DNA from: Bugula neritina
Lineage: Eukaryota > Animalia > Bryozoa
Direction: 5' to 3'
Length of the DNA: 64,000 nt
Assembly (NCBI GenBank): GCA_964035545.1
Contig: OZ037767.1
Location: 12,509,801-12,573,800, forward strand
The notes beneath the pieces are model-generated. The model was not told the origin of the DNA. It did no database searches and was given only the letters and a program-made list of their open reading frames with translations. Within the stretch, counting starts at the first letter, position 1. Each line of letters begins with the position of its first letter. This document shows positions 62,752 to 64,000 of this stretch, one piece after another. The position numbers and the translations under genes were made by a program.

Positions 62752-64000
62752 ATGGTAAGTACTGATCTTATGTTCTGTATTCTTTAAAATAACTTTAGGA
62801 AGACATTTTTGGAAAAAAATACTTTCAAATGTTTATGTTTTGCATTTTATAGTCTGAAATGTTTATGCATTAAATAATAAAAGACCATATTGCAATTCTG
62901 TAAGGTAATAATATTATATACAAAAACTCACAAGATGCCGTATTTTTCATACAAAATGGTGATTCTGATATATTTATTAGGAAGAGAAGCAGATAAAGAA
63001 AGAGCCAACAACTCCAACATGGAAGGAAGTATTGAGAGGAAGTACTCACTGGATTGTTGTGGTACTCTGTATAATTAATCTCATCCTTTGGTTTGCATTG
63101 CTGACGTACACAGTGACTCAGTTCTCCTCTTTGGACAGAGAGATTGAAAGCATCTCAGTTGCTACTGAAAAGAAACCGTCTGCTGCGAAATTGACACAAA
63201 CTAAACAGGAAGTAGAAGAAAAACTCATAGTGAGGCTCACAGATGAGATAAGAAACATACGGACAGAAAGCGAAAGAGAAAGAAAGAGTATAGAAAGAGA
63301 AACCAAAGAGTTGAAGGAAACGTTGCTTTCACTTGAAACACAATATGATAACTTCAAAAGATTCTGGAAGAAGATGGTAGAGAAAGTAGGTAGTCATTAG
63401 TTCTGTAATTCACATGAAACAAACATAGCCAGCCATTTCTTGATGGTTGCTAGAATAATATTGTACTGTAGGTTCTCTTCCATGAAAATAATAGAAGTGA
63501 AGTGAGAGCAGAGAGACCAGAAGTATCTGCAAGCTTTGTGTTTATTATGACAAACACAACAACTGAGAGTGAAAGTGCTGACTCAGGTAGTGGCGAATCT
63601 CCAATTCTGATTGGTGGAGAGGTGCTAAAAGATACCAATACCGGTGTGTTTAACTACTCACCTTTGCAATCGACAAATGAAAGTGTTGTTTACAACACTG
63701 AGGCAGTGACCAACATCACTCAGGGAAACCAATATAGCTATGAACCTAGGATAAAGAAGACAAGTCTCAGGGACTTTCATCAGACCTCTTTACCAAATGA
63801 AGAAAGTGACTCCAGCTATGATGACACCAACCTACCTCTACCTGAAGAAATTATTGGACTTCTTGGTGAGTATTTTTTAGTCTCAAGTCGGATCCGGTAT
63901 TAAAGTTGGGTCACTCGCGTGATGATAATCACACTACGTGATTCTATATATAGCTTGTAGACATGGACCAAAGGGGGACAGAGGAGATGGTGGAACACAC
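62752..64000 (+). CDS. Type II membrane collagen(-lectin) protein, paralog 2, 5' part (runs off the window)
   Basis: Exons 62752-62754 (ATG|gtaagt), 62981-63385 (TM WIVVVLCIINLILWFALLTYTV + coiled coil), 63472-63865 (DSGSGE stalk) and 63954-> (ACRHGPKGDRGDGGT). Same exon structure as paralog 1, with no lesion seen. Confidence 0.88.

Overview
AT-rich, intron-containing animal (invertebrate-like) genomic DNA: a repeat-rich lectin/pattern-recognition gene cluster, with no prokaryotic features. From left to right: (1) about 6 copies of a ~1269-bp tandem repeat (1-7713). (2) Two inverted, pseudogenised PAN/Apple + F-type lectin paralogs. Copy A (+, ~7960-14012) has a decayed Mag-type Gypsy LTR element in its intron. 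Copy B (-, 18645-34378) has an intron inflated by a Gypsy element, an ISL2EU/Harbinger-like transposon with ~860-bp TIRs nested in that element's RT, and a non-autonomous gag-retaining LTR element. (3) A foldback element and a frameshifted virus-like fibre gene fragment (34381-36861). (4) Penelope-like element ends carrying minimal hammerhead ribozymes (41023-42240). (5) An intact 4-exon PAN + C-type lectin gene (43008-46178). (6) Two tandem genes for type II membrane proteins with coiled coil, Ser-Gly stalk, collagen and C-type lectin domains: 55652-60563 is damaged, and 62752->64000 is intact as far as seen. The most unusual signals are a zinc-finger/coiled-coil accessory ORF in the env position of both related LTR elements, the membrane collagen-lectin-proteoglycan architecture, the virus-like fibre fragment, and an in-frame TGA shared by both F-lectin paralogs. 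All calls come from reading and translating by eye; no searches were run.
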